64,000 bases of DNA from Alphaproteobacteria bacterium (GTDB lineage: Bacteria > Pseudomonadota > Alphaproteobacteria > UBA828), in contig CBDCRW010000005.1 in NCBI GenBank assembly GCA_965221125.1, positions 288,001 to 352,000 on the forward strand, read 5' to 3'. Shown in pieces: positions 13,909 to 25,064 of this stretch; position 1 is the stretch's first letter, and the number at the start of each line of letters is the position of its first letter. The notes under the pieces were generated by a model. The model searched no databases and was not told the origin of the DNA. It saw nothing but the letters and a program-made list of their open reading frames with translations. Both the position numbers and the translations under genes were made by a program.

Positions 13909-15009
13909 ATGACGGCGCGCGCGGGCAGAGCAGGCGAGCTGAGGCGGGGCTGGACCACCGGCGCCTGCGCCGCTGCTGCGACCCGCGCGGCCTACACCGC
14001 GCTGGTCACCGGGCGCTTCCCCGACCCGGTCTCGGTGACGCTGCCGGGGGGCGAGGAGCCCTCCTTCCCGCTGGTGCTGGCCGAGCGGGGCGCGGGCCAC
14101 GGGCGGGCCGCGGTGCGCAAGGATGCCGGCGACGACCCGGACGTGACCCACGGCGCGCTGGTCGAATCCTGGGTGCGGCCCGCGCCGGCGGGGGCCGGCA
14201 TCGTCTTCCGCGCGGGCGAGGGGGTGGGCATCGTGACCAAGCCGGGGCTCAGCCTCGCCGTGGGCGAGCCCGCCATCAACCCGGCGCCCCGCACGATGAT
14301 CGAGACGATGCTGGGTGCGCTCGCGCCTGCGCTCGGCGGGCCGGCCGACGTCTCCGTCGCCATCGGCATCCCGGACGGCCGCCGGCTGGCGGAGCGCACG
14401 ATGAACGGCCGCCTCGGCATCGTGGGCGGCCTCTCGGTGCTCGGCACGTCCGGCATCGTCAAGCCCTACTCCTGCGCCGCGTGGATCGCCTCGATCCGCC
14501 AGGGCATCGACGTGGCGGCCGCGACCGGCGCCACCCACCTCGCGGCGGCGACGGGCCGCGTCTCGGAGGAGGCGGCGCGGGCGCTCTATGGCCTCGGCGA
14601 GAGCGCGCTCATCGACATGGGCGATTTTGCGGGCGCCACGCTGAAGCTGATCCGCCGCAAGCCCGTGCCCCGGCTCACCGTCGCCGGCGGCTTCGGCAAG
14701 ATCAGCAAGCTCGCCGACGGCCACATGGATCTGCACTCGCAGCGCAGCACGGTCGACCGCGCCGGCCTCGTCCGCCGGCTCGCGGCCCTCGGCGCGTCGG
14801 AGGCGACGCTGGCGCAGGCGGAGGCAGCCGGGTCGGCGGCGGCGATCCTCGAGGTCGCGAACGAAGCCGGCCTGCCGCTCGCCGATGCGATTGCCGCCGA
14901 GGCCCGCGCCGTTGCGGAGGGCGCGCTCGCCGGCGCCCGGCCCGCGCCCAGCGTGGACGTGCTCATCGTCGACCGCACGGGCTGCATCGTTGGCCGCGCC
15001 GGACCCTGA
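13909..15009 (+). CDS. cbiD: Cobalt-precorrin-5B C1-methyltransferase
   Basis: LRRGWTTGACA, KDAGDDPDVTHG, GEPAINPAPR, NGRLGIVGGLSVLGTSGIV. Confidence 0.95.
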   Translation: MTARAGRAGELRRGWTTGACAAAATRAAYTALVTGRFPDPVSVTLPGGEEPSFPLVLAERGAGHGRAAVRKDAGDDPDVTHGALVESWVRPAPAGAGIVFRAGEGVGIVTKPGLSLAVGEPAINPAPRTMIETMLGALAPALGGPADVSVAIGIPDGRRLAERTMNGRLGIVGGLSVLGTSGIVKPYSCAAWIASIRQGIDVAAATGATHLAAATGRVSEEAARALYGLGESALIDMGDFAGATLKLIRRKPVPRLTVAGGFGKISKLADGHMDLHSQRSTVDRAGLVRRLAALGASEATLAQAEAAGSAAAILEVANEAGLPLADAIAAEARAVAEGALAGARPAPSVDVLIVDRTGCIVGRAGP

Positions 15010-15763
15010 GCGGCGGTCGCGGCTGCTGATCCTGGGCGGCACGGCCGAGGGCCGGGCGCTCGCGGCGGCTGCCGAGGCGCGCTTCGGGCCGGCGCTCACG
15101 GTGATTTCGGCACTCGCGGGCCGCACCCGCGCGCCGGTTTTGCCGGCCGGCGAGGTCCGCATCGGCGGCTTCGGCGGGGTCGAAGGCCTGGCCGCCTATC
15201 TGCGGGACGAGCGGATCGGCCTGCTGGTCGACGCCACCCACCCGTTCGCCACGCAGATATCGGCGCAAGCCTGCGCGGCGGCGGCTGAGGCGGGGGCGCA
15301 GCGGACCGCGCTGGTGCGCCCGCCCTGGCGCAGGGGCGCGGGCGATCGCTGGATCGAGGTCGACACGGTGGACGACGCTGCGGTGGCGATCCCGGCCGGA
15401 GCGGACCGGGTGTTCCTCACCGTGGGCGTCCGTTCGCTATCTCCCTTCGCCGGGCGCCGGGATTGCTGGTTCCTGGTGCGGCTGGTGGACGAGCCGTCCG
15501 AGGCGATCCCGCTCGCGCGGCACCGGCTCATCTGCGCGCGCGGGCCGTTCACGGAGGCGGACGAGCGCGCGCTTCTCACGGCGCACGGCATCGATTGCCT
15601 GGTCACGCGGGCGAGCGGCGGCGATGCAACGGTGGCCAAGCTCGCGGCGGCACGCGGGCTCGGGCTGCCCGTGGTGATGGTGCGCCGTCCGGCCCCGCCG
15701 CCCGGCGCACAGGCCGCCTCGGTGGACGACGCCCTCGCCTGGATCGCGGAGCGCCTCGGCTAA
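14990..15763 (+). CDS. cobK: Precorrin-6A reductase
   Basis: [41 protein letters not shown] start is inferred. Confidence 0.92.
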   Translation: MAAPDPERRSRLLILGGTAEGRALAAAAEARFGPALTVISALAGRTRAPVLPAGEVRIGGFGGVEGLAAYLRDERIGLLVDATHPFATQISAQACAAAAEAGAQRTALVRPPWRRGAGDRWIEVDTVDDAAVAIPAGADRVFLTVGVRSLSPFAGRRDCWFLVRLVDEPSEAIPLARHRLICARGPFTEADERALLTAHGIDCLVTRASGGDATVAKLAAARGLGLPVVMVRRPAPPPGAQAASVDDALAWIAERLG

Positions 15764-16518
15764 CGCTTCGGGCGGAGCACGTGGTGGTGGGCGGGGTCGT
15801 AGAGGTGGCTCTCGTCGAAGTCGGGCGCGTCGAGCGCGCGGCCGACGAGGATCAGCGCGGTCCGCGTCAGCCCGAGGGCCTTCACCCTGTCCCTGACGGT
15901 GCCGAGGGTGCCGCGCACGATCCGCTCGTCGGGCCAGCTCACGCGGTAGGCGACGACGGTGGGGCAGTCCGCGCCGCGGTGCGGGATGAGCGCTCGGGTC
16001 ACGGCTGCCAGGTTGTTGATGGAGAGGTGGATGGCGAGGGTCCCGCCGGCAGCGGCGAGCGTCTCCAGCCGCTCGCCCTCGGGCATGGAGGAGGCGCGCA
16101 CGGCGGTCCGGGTCAGGATCACGGTCTGGGCAATGCCGGGGAGCGTGAGTTCCTGTTTGAGCGCCGCCGCGGCCGCGGCGTAGGCCGGCACCCCCGGCGT
16201 CACGTCGTAGGCGATGCCGAGGCGGTCGAGGCGGCGCATCTGCTCGGCAATGGCGCCGTAGAGGGAGGGGTCGCCGGAATGCAGCCGGGCGACCTCGTGG
16301 CCTGCGGCGGCCGCCCGCTCGATCTCCGCCATGATGGCGTCGAGGTCGAGCGGCGCGGTATCGACGATGTGCGCACCCGCCGGCGCCTCCGCCAGGATCA
16401 TTGGCGGCACCAGCGAGCCCGCGTAGAGCACCACCGGGCAGCGCCGCAGCAGGGCGAGCCCGCGCACGGTGATCAGGTCCGCAGCGCCGGGGCCGGCGCC
16501 GATGAAGTGGACCGTCAC
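15760..16518 (-). CDS. cobM: Precorrin-4 C11-methyltransferase
   Basis: [46 protein letters not shown]. Confidence 0.95.
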   Translation of the reverse strand: MTVHFIGAGPGAADLITVRGLALLRRCPVVLYAGSLVPPMILAEAPAGAHIVDTAPLDLDAIMAEIERAAAAGHEVARLHSGDPSLYGAIAEQMRRLDRLGIAYDVTPGVPAYAAAAAALKQELTLPGIAQTVILTRTAVRASSMPEGERLETLAAAGGTLAIHLSINNLAAVTRALIPHRGADCPTVVAYRVSWPDERIVRGTLGTVRDRVKALGLTRTALILVGRALDAPDFDESHLYDPAHHHVLRPKR

Positions 16519-18371
16519 GCGCTCTCGGCCGCGCGCGGTGCCTCGGCACGCGGTGTCGCCACGTCGCCCGCGCCGTAGCCGCGTGGGGTGTAGAGCCAGG
16601 CGCGGCCCGCGTGCTCCACGCGCCGGGTCTGGCTGCTGCCGACGACGACGACGGTGAGCATGTCGACGGCATCCGTATCGAGGTCGGCCAGCGTGGTGAC
16701 GGTGACCTGCTCGCCGTCCCGCCCGAGGTTGCGGGCGACGACCACCGGACAATCCGGTGGACGGCGGGCGGCGAGGATCGCCCGCGCCTGCGCCAGCTGG
16801 GTGCGCCGCCGCCCCGACGCCGGGTTGTAGAGCGCCACCACGAAATCGGCCTCGGCGGCGGCCCGGAGCCTGCGCGCGATCGCGGGCCAGGGCGTCAGCA
16901 GGTCGGAGAGCGAGATCGCGCAGAAATCGTGGCCGATGGGCGCGCCGGCACGCGCCGCGGCGGCCTGCAGCGCGCTGATGCCGGGCTCCACCGCAAGCGC
17001 GATGCCGCGCCAGCCGAGGCCAGCGGACTCGCCGTCCAGCAGTTCGAAGAGGAGCGAGGCCATGCCGTAGACCCCGGCATCGCCCGAAGAAACCAGGGCG
17101 ACGCGGCGGCCCTCTGCCGCGAGTGTGAGGGCTGCGCGGCAGCGTTCCTCCTCCGCGCCGATGGGGAAGGCATGGCGCGCGCAGCCCGGCGGCAGCGGCT
17201 CCAGCAGGTCGAGGTAGCGGGCGTAGCCGACGAGGTCGGTGGCGTCCGCGATGGCGGCGTCCGCGCCCGGCGTCCGCCAGGCCCGGTCGCCGGGGCCGAT
17301 GCCGACCGCCGTGACCCGGCCACGCCCGCGCCCGCAGCGCGCGGGCTCGATGACCGCCAGCGCCCGGGCGATGGCGCAGGTGCCGCGCGCGCTCCTGGTC
17401 TTGGGCTGGGCGAGCGTGCCGTCCGCGCCGGCGCAGGCCAATGCCGCGGCTTCTGCGACGCCGTGGCAGCCGACCGCGCGGAACACCACGTCGGACGGTG
17501 CCGTGAGCCGCGGGGTCTCGCGCTCCAACGCCGCGGCGTCGAAGAGGCGGAGCGGCACGCCGAGCCGGTCCGCGACGGCGTTCACCGCCGGCTCGTCGGC
17601 CTTGAGGTCGAGGGAGGCGACGCAGGCCACGGCCTCGGGCGCGAGTCCGCCGGCCGCCAGCGTGCGCTCGGCAAGGTCGATCAGCTCCTCCGGCGCGCAG
17701 CCGCGCTCGCAGCCGAGGCCGAGGGCGAGGACCGCAGGATGCAGCGTCACATCGGCTACGTCGTCACCGGGCGCGGGCCGCCGGTCGGTGATGCGCACCG
17801 TGAGTTGGCCTTCGTCCGCGAAGGGCGCGCCGCCTGCGGTGAGCCAATCCGCCGACGCGGCCTCGGTCACGAGGCGCACCGGCTCGCCCGCGAGCAGCAC
17901 GGCGGTGACCTCCTTCACCCGCGCGCCCTCGCCGAGGCGCCAGCCGGGGGGCGGCGCGTCGAGGGCGAAGCCCAGCGCCGTGTCGCCCGCGGTGGTGATG
18001 GCGGCGCGGGCGCCGAGGGCGTCGGCAATGGTGCGGGCGAGCCGGTTCGCGCCGTGGTGGCCGCCCAGGAGCGGCACGACGCTCTCGCCGTCCTCGGAGA
18101 CGGCGATCACCGGGGGCTCGGCGTGCTTGTCCGCGAGATGGGGGGCGAGGAGGCGGATGAGGATTCCCGAGGCGCAGATGCCGACGACGGGCGTGCCCGC
18201 GCGGAAGAGGGCGGGGAGGTGGGACGCGAGGCGTTCGTAAAGGACCTCGGCGGCGCCGTCGAGCGACGCCGGGCCGTGGATCGCAGCGCCCGGCAGCGCC
18301 GCCTGGATGCGCCGCGCCAGCGCCATCTGGCGCCGGTCGAGGATCACGACGGCGGCCCCGGTCAGCGCCAT
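16515..18371 (-). CDS. cobJ: CbiG-CobJ fusion (precorrin-3B C17-methyltransferase with N-terminal CbiG domains)
   Basis: N-terminal [23 protein letters not shown]; C-terminal [37 protein letters not shown]. Confidence 0.93.
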   Translation of the reverse strand: MALTGAAVVILDRRQMALARRIQAALPGAAIHGPASLDGAAEVLYERLASHLPALFRAGTPVVGICASGILIRLLAPHLADKHAEPPVIAVSEDGESVVPLLGGHHGANRLARTIADALGARAAITTAGDTALGFALDAPPPGWRLGEGARVKEVTAVLLAGEPVRLVTEAASADWLTAGGAPFADEGQLTVRITDRRPAPGDDVADVTLHPAVLALGLGCERGCAPEELIDLAERTLAAGGLAPEAVACVASLDLKADEPAVNAVADRLGVPLRLFDAAALERETPRLTAPSDVVFRAVGCHGVAEAAALACAGADGTLAQPKTRSARGTCAIARALAVIEPARCGRGRGRVTAVGIGPGDRAWRTPGADAAIADATDLVGYARYLDLLEPLPPGCARHAFPIGAEEERCRAALTLAAEGRRVALVSSGDAGVYGMASLLFELLDGESAGLGWRGIALAVEPGISALQAAAARAGAPIGHDFCAISLSDLLTPWPAIARRLRAAAEADFVVALYNPASGRRRTQLAQARAILAARRPPDCPVVVARNLGRDGEQVTVTTLADLDTDAVDMLTVVVVGSSQTRRVEHAGRAWLYTPRGYGAGDVATPRAEAPRAAESA

Positions 18372-19066
18372 GCCGCGCCCCGCTTGTGGACGATGATCAT
18401 GGAGAAGTAGGGAGCCGGCGGCTCGACCGCGGCGAGCGGCAGGACCCGCTCCGCCGCCATGGACGCGCGCTCGACGTAGTGCGCGCGCTCCAGCAGGCCG
18501 AGGTCCGCCACCACGCCCCGCACCTTCCCGAAGTGGCGGCCCACCTTGACGATGGCGGCGGCGTCGCAGTTGGCGAGCTGGGCCGTGAGCCGCTGGGCAT
18601 CGAGCGGCGCCGGGATCACCGCAAGCACGTCGTTGCGCGCGGCCAGCGGCAGGCGCAAGGCTGCGGCGCAGGCCATGGGCGACGAGACGCCGGGGATCAC
18701 CTCGACCCGGTGGCGCTGCGCCAGGCGCTCGAAGAGGTAGAGGAAGGAGCCGTAGACGAAGGGGTCGCCCTCGCAGAGCACGGCCACGTCGCGGCCCGCG
18801 TCCAGCCGCGCGCCGAGCGTCGCCGCCGCCTCGTCGTAGACCTCGGTCGCCGGGAAGCGGGCAGGCTCCAGCGGCATGCGGATGGCGATCTCCTCCTGCC
18901 CGCCGGGGAGGTGGGGGGCGGCGATGCTCCGCGCGAGGCTCTCGCCCTCCGGCGGCGCAGGGTAGGCCACGACCGCGGCCCGCTGGAGCGCCTTCAGCGC
19001 CTTCAGCGTGATGAGGTCGGGGTCGCCGGGGCCGACGCCGATGCCGCTGAGCAGGCCGGCGCTCAT
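18362..19066 (-). CDS. cobI: Precorrin-2 C20-methyltransferase
   Basis: GIGVGPGDPDLITLKA, LCEGDPFVYGSF, PGVSS, PYFS. Confidence 0.95.
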   Translation of the reverse strand: MSAGLLSGIGVGPGDPDLITLKALKALQRAAVVAYPAPPEGESLARSIAAPHLPGGQEEIAIRMPLEPARFPATEVYDEAAATLGARLDAGRDVAVLCEGDPFVYGSFLYLFERLAQRHRVEVIPGVSSPMACAAALRLPLAARNDVLAVIPAPLDAQRLTAQLANCDAAAIVKVGRHFGKVRGVVADLGLLERAHYVERASMAAERVLPLAAVEPPAPYFSMIIVHKRGAAWR

Positions 19067-20298
19067 GGCTCCCGCGCGCGGGTGCCGCGTGCCTCCCCCT
19101 TGACGAGCGCGAGCTGGGTTACGGGCATGAGCGGGCGCCAGGCGAGGTGGCTCCCCACGGGCCGGGCGCGGGAGACCGCGAGGCGGGTGAGCGTGCCGTC
19201 GTGGCGCGCGGCCCAGTCCGCGAGGACCGCTTCGCCGGCGAGGGTGACGGCGTTCGCCACCAGCACCCCGCCGGGCGCGAGCCGCGCCCAGCAGGTCTCG
19301 ATCAGGCCGCCGACTGCGAGCCCGCCGCCGATGAAGACCGCGTCCGGCACCGGCAGCAGCTCCAGCGCCTCGGGCGCCGCGCCCTGCTGCACCTTGAGGC
19401 GGGGCACGCCGAGGGCCGCGGCGTTGCGCGCGATCCGGGCGCAGCGCTCCGCGTCGCGCTCGATGGCGATGGCGCTGCACGTGCGCTCGCTCAAGAGCCA
19501 TTCGATGGCGACCGAGCCGGCGCCCGCGCCCACGTCCCAGAGCAGGGCGTGCGGCCGCGGGTCGAGCGCGCTCACCGTCTGCACCCGGATCTCGCGCTTG
19601 GTAAGCTGGCCGTCGTTCTCGAACGCGCGGTCCGGCAGGCCGGGCGCGCCGCGAAAGCGCTTCACCCGGCCCTCGGCGCGGCACTCGATGGCGATGGTGT
19701 TGAGGTCCGGCATCTGCGCTTCGGACCAGCCGTCGGCGCGCGCGCTCACGCTGGCCTCGTCGGCGCCTCCCATGTGGGCGAGGACGGTGAGCCGGCTTGC
19801 GCCGTAGCCCACCTCGGTGAGTTGCGCCGCCACCTGTGCGGGCGTGGAGCCGTCGTGGGAGAGGACGAGCAGGCGCTGGCCCGGTGCGAGGTAGGCGCGG
19901 AGGGTCTCCAGCGGGCGCCCGTGGAGCGTCACGCCCACCACCTCGTGCGCGCTCCAGCCGAGGCGCGCGCGGGCGAGGCTGAAGGCGGACGGCGCCGGGA
20001 TGGTCAGCATTTCGTCGTCGGGGAAGGCGCGCCGCAGCGTCGTGCCGATGCCGAAGCAGAAGGGATCGCCGGTGGCGAGCACGACCACGCGCCGGCCGCG
20101 TGCGGCGCGGATATCGTCCATGGTCTCGGCGAGCGGGCTGCGCCAGGTGAGGCGCTCAGCGTGGCCGTCCGGGATCATGGCGAGGTGCCGCGCGCCGCCG
20201 ATCAGCACCTCGGCCTGCTCGATCAGCGCGCGGGCGGTGGGCGTCAATGCCTCCGGCCCCTCCTCGCCGAGGCCGACGACGGTGAGCCAGCCGCTCAC
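19063..20298 (-). CDS. cobL: Precorrin-6Y C5,15-methyltransferase (CbiE-CbiT fusion)
   Basis: LATGDPFCFGIG, DGQLTKREIR, WDVGAGAGSVAIEW, VFIGGG, ANAVTL. Confidence 0.95.
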   Translation of the reverse strand: MSGWLTVVGLGEEGPEALTPTARALIEQAEVLIGGARHLAMIPDGHAERLTWRSPLAETMDDIRAARGRRVVVLATGDPFCFGIGTTLRRAFPDDEMLTIPAPSAFSLARARLGWSAHEVVGVTLHGRPLETLRAYLAPGQRLLVLSHDGSTPAQVAAQLTEVGYGASRLTVLAHMGGADEASVSARADGWSEAQMPDLNTIAIECRAEGRVKRFRGAPGLPDRAFENDGQLTKREIRVQTVSALDPRPHALLWDVGAGAGSVAIEWLLSERTCSAIAIERDAERCARIARNAAALGVPRLKVQQGAAPEALELLPVPDAVFIGGGLAVGGLIETCWARLAPGGVLVANAVTLAGEAVLADWAARHDGTLTRLAVSRARPVGSHLAWRPLMPVTQLALVKGEARGTRAREP

Positions 20299-20951
20299 GG
20301 GGCGGCCTCGGGACCGGGCGGTACGGCCAGCGCGTTCACGGCGGCGGCCGCGACGGCGCTGCCGCCCCGCCGGCCCAGCAGGGTGAGGAAGGGGACGCCG
20401 TGATCGCCGCCAGCCAGCGCCGCCTTGCTCTCGCTCGCGCCGACGAAGCCGGGGGGCGTGGCGACGATCGCCGCGGGCCGGGGGGCACCCTCCGCCACGA
20501 GTTCCAGCAAACGGAAGAGCGCGGTGGGCGCGTTGCCGATGACGCAGAGCGCGCCCGCGAGCTGCGGCCGCCAGAGGTCTACCGCTGCCGCCGAGCGCGT
20601 GGTCTGCGCCGACGCCGCGCGTTCGGCGAGGCCCGGTGCGCCCAGCGTGCAGATCACCGCGTTGCCCGCCGCGAGCCGCGGGCGGGAGATGCCGGAGGCC
20701 ACCATCCGGCAGTCGGCGAGGATGGGGGCGCCGGATGCGAGCACCGCGCGCGCCTTCGCCGCCACGTCCGCCGAGAAGGCGAGGTCCGCCACCAGGTCGG
20801 TCATGCCGGAGGCGTGCACCATGCGGTAGGCGACATCCACGAGGCCCGGCGGCAGGGCGCTCACGTCCGTCTCCCGCCGGATGATGGCGAAGGAGCGCCG
20901 CGTGATCCCCTCCGGGTCGCGCAGGTAGTCAGCCGTGGTTGTGGCCGCCAT
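20295..20951 (-). CDS. cobH: Precorrin-8X methylmutase
   Basis: SFAIIR, RMVHASG, TRSAAA, IGNAPTALF, GFVGASESK, GRRGGSA. Confidence 0.95.
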   Translation of the reverse strand: MAATTTADYLRDPEGITRRSFAIIRRETDVSALPPGLVDVAYRMVHASGMTDLVADLAFSADVAAKARAVLASGAPILADCRMVASGISRPRLAAGNAVICTLGAPGLAERAASAQTTRSAAAVDLWRPQLAGALCVIGNAPTALFRLLELVAEGAPRPAAIVATPPGFVGASESKAALAGGDHGVPFLTLLGRRGGSAVAAAAVNALAVPPGPEAAP

Positions 20952-21882
20952 GTCCGTCGCTTCCGTGGTGGTGGTGGTGATGGTGGGCGTGGTCGGCGTC
21001 GGTGCCGATGCCCTCGACGTGGTGGTGGTGGCCCACCTGCGGCGCGCCGAGGTCGCCCTCGTGGCCGATGATCTGCTCGCGGTACTTGCAGAGCCGGCAG
21101 TTCATGCGGTTGTCGCCTTCCGGGATCTCGGCGATGCGGGCGAGGAAGGCATTCAGCACCAGCGGATGGTCGTTGAGGTAGGCGGCCTTGCGGAAGGCAA
21201 TGGCGGGGTGCGCGCGGGCGGCCTCGTCCACGGCGTCGTAGATGCGCCGCACCAGCACGCCGGTGAAGAGGAAGTAGGGGAAGACCACGATGCGCCGAAA
21301 ACCGAAGCCCGCGATCCGCTCCAGCGCAGGCGCGACGAGCGGCGTGGTGACGCCACTATAACACGTCTCCGCCCAGCTGAAGCCGAGGCCCTCCCACAGC
21401 ATGCGGGTGACCTTGGCGACGTTGCTGTTGGCGTCGGGGTCGGAGGTGCCGCGCCCGACCACGACGAGGAGGCTGTCGGCCGGCGGCGCGTCGCCCGGCT
21501 GCTGGGCCGCCTCGACGCGCTCCGCCGCGGCGCGGAGCAGGAGCGGATCGACCGCGAGGTCGCGCCCGTAGCGGACCGCGACGCCGGGATTGGCGGCGGC
21601 GAAGTCGTTCAGCACCGAGGGGATGTCGTTCTTCGCGTGGCCGGCGGCGAAGAGCATGCCGGGGACGGCGTCGATGGCCTCAGCGCCGTCGTGCTTGAGC
21701 GCGGCGAGGGTGGTGCGGATGGTGGGCCGCGCGAACTCGAGGAAGCCGTGGCGCACGCGGCGCTCCGGCAGGCGGGCTGCGACCACGCGGGCCAGGTGCT
21801 CGAACTCAGCGACCGCCGCGTCGTCGCGGCTGCCGTGGCCGCAGAGAAGCACCGCAGGTGCGCGCACGGCGGGATCGCTCAT
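20929..21882 (-). CDS. cbiX: Long CbiX-type sirohydrochlorin cobaltochelatase with MxCxxC motif and His-rich tail
   Basis: GHGSRD, GFLEFARP, AGHAKNDIP, GRGTSDPDAN, PYFLFTG, MNCRLCKYR, HHHHVEG and poly-His. Confidence 0.9.
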   Translation of the reverse strand: MSDPAVRAPAVLLCGHGSRDDAAVAEFEHLARVVAARLPERRVRHGFLEFARPTIRTTLAALKHDGAEAIDAVPGMLFAAGHAKNDIPSVLNDFAAANPGVAVRYGRDLAVDPLLLRAAAERVEAAQQPGDAPPADSLLVVVGRGTSDPDANSNVAKVTRMLWEGLGFSWAETCYSGVTTPLVAPALERIAGFGFRRIVVFPYFLFTGVLVRRIYDAVDEAARAHPAIAFRKAAYLNDHPLVLNAFLARIAEIPEGDNRMNCRLCKYREQIIGHEGDLGAPQVGHHHHVEGIGTDADHAHHHHHHHGSDGHGGHNHG

Positions 21883-21938
21883 CGCCCCGCTCCATTCAGT
21901 CCATTGACCGGGCTGCGTGGCCTTTTCATTGTGGGCCG

Positions 21939-22937
21939 ATGCTCCTCTTCGCCGCGCCCGACTGGCCCATCGGCCAGGCGGTGCCGTTCATTCTTCTCAT
22001 GGCGCTGGCGCTGGATGCGCTCGCGGGCGACCCGCGCTGGCTGCCGCACCCGGTCCGCGCGATGGGCTGGCTCACCGGGTTTTTGGACCGTGCCCTCAAC
22101 CGGGAAGGCCTGGGCGAGGGCGCGCGCATGTTCCTCGGCGCGGTGGCGGTCGTGCTGGTCGTCGGCGCGAGCGCCGCTGCCGGCTGGGCCGTCGCCCATT
22201 ACGTGGCGGTCCTCAGTTGGGGCTGGCTCGCGGAACTGGCGCTGGTCGCGATGCTGCTCGCGCAGCGGACCATGTGCGACCACATGGTGCGGGTGGCCCG
22301 CGCGCTGGATAGCGGCGCAGACCCCGCGCGCGATGCCGTGCGCCACATCGTCGGCCGCGACGTGCGCGCGCTCGACGAACACGCCATCGCGCGGGCGGCG
22401 ATCGAGAGCGGCGCCGAGAATTATTCCGACGGTGTGGTGGCGCCCGCCTTCTGGTACCTGCTGCTCGGCCTGCCGGGGCTCTGCGCCTACAAGGCGATCA
22501 ACACCATGGACAGCATGATCGGCCACCGCTCGCCCCGCCACCGGGCCTTCGGCTGGACGGCGGCGCGCCTCGACGATTGGGCGAACTGGGTGCCGGCGCG
22601 GATCGCGGGCGGGCTCGTCGGGCTGGCGGCTGTGTTCGTGCCGGGCGGCGCGCCGGGGCGGGCGTGGCGAACCATGGTGAGGGATGCGCCGAAGCACAGC
22701 TCGCCCAACGCCGGCTGGCCCGAGGCCGCGATGGCGGGGGCGTTGGGCCTCGCCCTGCTGGGCCCTCGCCGCTACGAGGGCGAGGCGGCAGGCGACGAAG
22801 CCTGGCTCGGCGACGGCCGGGCGGAGGCCACGGCCGACGATCTCCGGCGCACGGTGCGGGTCTTCGCCGTGGGCTGCGCGCTGGTGGCCGTGCTCGCCGC
22901 CGCCATCGCCGCGGGAACGGCGCTCGGCGGGTCCTAG
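21939..22937 (+). CDS. cobD: Adenosylcobinamide-phosphate synthase (CbiB/CobD)
   Basis: GDPRWLPHPV, IVGRD, ESGAENYSDG, YKAINTMDSMIG, RLDD, SPNAGWPEAAMAG. Confidence 0.95.
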   Translation: MLLFAAPDWPIGQAVPFILLMALALDALAGDPRWLPHPVRAMGWLTGFLDRALNREGLGEGARMFLGAVAVVLVVGASAAAGWAVAHYVAVLSWGWLAELALVAMLLAQRTMCDHMVRVARALDSGADPARDAVRHIVGRDVRALDEHAIARAAIESGAENYSDGVVAPAFWYLLLGLPGLCAYKAINTMDSMIGHRSPRHRAFGWTAARLDDWANWVPARIAGGLVGLAAVFVPGGAPGRAWRTMVRDAPKHSSPNAGWPEAAMAGALGLALLGPRRYEGEAAGDEAWLGDGRAEATADDLRRTVRVFAVGCALVAVLAAAIAAGTALGGS

Positions 22938-22944
22938 CCGGGGT

Positions 22945-24441
22945 TCAGCGCGCACGGGCCACCTCCAGCAGGCGGTCGAGGTCGAGATGGGCCTCGAGGT
23001 GGGCGGCGAGCGCGTCCAGGGTCTGTTCGACAAGCGCGTCGTAGGCGATGCCGGCGGTCTCCCGCCCGCGCAGCCGGGCGAGGAAGGCGCGGCGGAAACC
23101 GTCGGCGGCGAAGAGGCCGTGCAGGTAGCAGCCCATGACCCGGCCGTCGCGCGCGCGGGCACCGTCGGGGCCGCTTTCGAGGTCGATCAGCGGGCGCGCG
23201 GTGTCGGGCCCCGTGGTCTTTCCTAAGTGCATCTCGTAGCCCGCGACCGCCTCGCCGCCCTCGCACGCGTGTCCCCGCGCCCGGACGAGGCGCTTGCCCG
23301 CGCTCATCACGGTTTCGACGTGGAGCAGACCCAGGCCGGGCGTCTCTCCCGGCGGGCCTTCGATGCCGGCGGGGTCGGCGACGCGGCGGCCCAGCATCTG
23401 GTAGCCGCCGCAGAGACCCACCACCCAGCCGCCGCGGCGGACGTGCGCGGCGATGTCGAGGGCCCAGCCTTGGACGTGCAATGCCGCGAGGTCGCTGCGG
23501 GTGGCCTTGCTGCCCGGCAGCAGCACGAGGTCGGCGTCGCCCGGCAGGGCGCGGCCCGGCGGCACCAGCTCCAAGACCGTGTCGGGCTCGGCGCGGAGGG
23601 GGTCGAGGTCGTCGGTGTTCGAGATGCGGGGCAGGCGGGGCACGGCGATCTTGATCGCGCGGCCGGGGGCGGCCGCGGCGGCGACGGCGGGGGTCGAGTC
23701 CAGGCCGACGCTGTCCTCCGCCGGCAGCAGCCGGGCTGCCTCGAACCAGGGCACGAGACCGAGGTTAGCCCACCCGGTCTTCTCCTCGATGATCGCGTTG
23801 GCGCCGTCAAAGAGCGTGGCGTCGCCCCGGAACTTGTTGACGACGAAGCCCCTGGTGAGCGCGCGCTCGGCCGCCGGCAGCAGCGCCCAGGTGCCGACGA
23901 GGCTCGCGATCACGCCGCCGCGATCCACGTCGCCCACCAGCGCCACGGGGACGCCGGCCGCGAGCGCGAAGCCCATGTTGGCGATGTCGTTCTCCCGCAG
24001 GTTGACCTCGGCCGGGCTGCCCGCGCCTTCCACCAGGATCAGGTCGGCGCCCTGGCCGAGCCGCTCGAAACTCTCCAGCACGCGCGGCATGAGCCCGGCC
24101 TTGAGCGCGTGGTAGCCGCGCGCATCCGCCGTGCCGGTGACGGCGCCCTGCACCACCACCTGCGCGCCGTGCTCGCTCTCGGGCTTGAGCAGCACCGGGT
24201 TCATGTCGGCGTGGGGCTCGATGCCGGCGGCGCGGGCCTGCAGCGCCTGGGCGCGGCCGATCTCGCGCCCGTCGCCCGCGATGGCGGCGTTGTTGGACAT
24301 GTTCTGCGGCTTGAAGGGGCGCACGCTGAGCCCGCGCGCGGCATAGGCGCGGCAGAGGCTGGCCACCAGCAGCGACTTGCCGACGTTGGAGCCGGTGCCC
24401 TGAAGCATCAGGGCCGGCGGCTGGCGGGCGGCCATCGCCAT
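22945..24441 (-). CDS. cobQ: Cobyric acid synthase
   Basis: [60 protein letters not shown]. Confidence 0.96.
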   Translation of the reverse strand: MAMAARQPPALMLQGTGSNVGKSLLVASLCRAYAARGLSVRPFKPQNMSNNAAIAGDGREIGRAQALQARAAGIEPHADMNPVLLKPESEHGAQVVVQGAVTGTADARGYHALKAGLMPRVLESFERLGQGADLILVEGAGSPAEVNLRENDIANMGFALAAGVPVALVGDVDRGGVIASLVGTWALLPAAERALTRGFVVNKFRGDATLFDGANAIIEEKTGWANLGLVPWFEAARLLPAEDSVGLDSTPAVAAAAAPGRAIKIAVPRLPRISNTDDLDPLRAEPDTVLELVPPGRALPGDADLVLLPGSKATRSDLAALHVQGWALDIAAHVRRGGWVVGLCGGYQMLGRRVADPAGIEGPPGETPGLGLLHVETVMSAGKRLVRARGHACEGGEAVAGYEMHLGKTTGPDTARPLIDLESGPDGARARDGRVMGCYLHGLFAADGFRRAFLARLRGRETAGIAYDALVEQTLDALAAHLEAHLDLDRLLEVARAR

Positions 24442-25064
24442 CAGAACTCGATGCCCACCTGCGCCTTCACGCCGGCGCGGAAGGGATGCTTGATCTCGGT
24501 CATCTCGGTCACCAGGTCGGCCGCCTCGATGAGCGCGGGCTTGGCGTTGCGCCCGGTGACCACGACGTGCTGGCCCGCATCGCGCGCGGCGAGGCCGGCC
24601 AACACGTCGCCCAAGTCGAGGTAGTCGTAGCGCAGCACGATGTTGAGTTCGTCGAGGACCACGAGGCGATAGGAAGGATCGGCGAGGAATTCCTGCGCCG
24701 ATTCCCACGCCTTGCGGGCGGCGGCGATGTCGCGCTGGCGGTCCTGCGTGTCCCAGGTGAAGCCCTCGCCCATGACGCGGACCGTGACGAGGTCGGGGAA
24801 GCGCTCCAGCACGGCGCGCTCGCCGGTCGCCCACTTGCCCTTCACGAATTGCACGATGCCCACCTTCATGCCGTTGCCGATGGCGCGGGCGGCGAGGCCG
24901 AAGGCGGCGGTGGACTTGCCCTTGCCCTTGCCGGTGTGGACGATGAGCAGGCCCTTCTCGATGGTCTTGGTCGCCAGCATGCGCTCGCGCGCGGCCTTGC
25001 GCTTGCGCATCTTCTCGGCGTGGCGCCGGTCGAGCGCGGCCTCGGTCTCGGTCTCGCGTGCCAT
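24441..25064 (-). CDS. cobO: Cob(I)yrinic acid a,c-diamide adenosyltransferase
   Basis: [46 protein letters not shown]. Confidence 0.96.
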   Translation of the reverse strand: MARETETEAALDRRHAEKMRKRKAARERMLATKTIEKGLLIVHTGKGKGKSTAAFGLAARAIGNGMKVGIVQFVKGKWATGERAVLERFPDLVTVRVMGEGFTWDTQDRQRDIAAARKAWESAQEFLADPSYRLVVLDELNIVLRYDYLDLGDVLAGLAARDAGQHVVVTGRNAKPALIEAADLVTEMTEIKHPFRAGVKAQVGIEF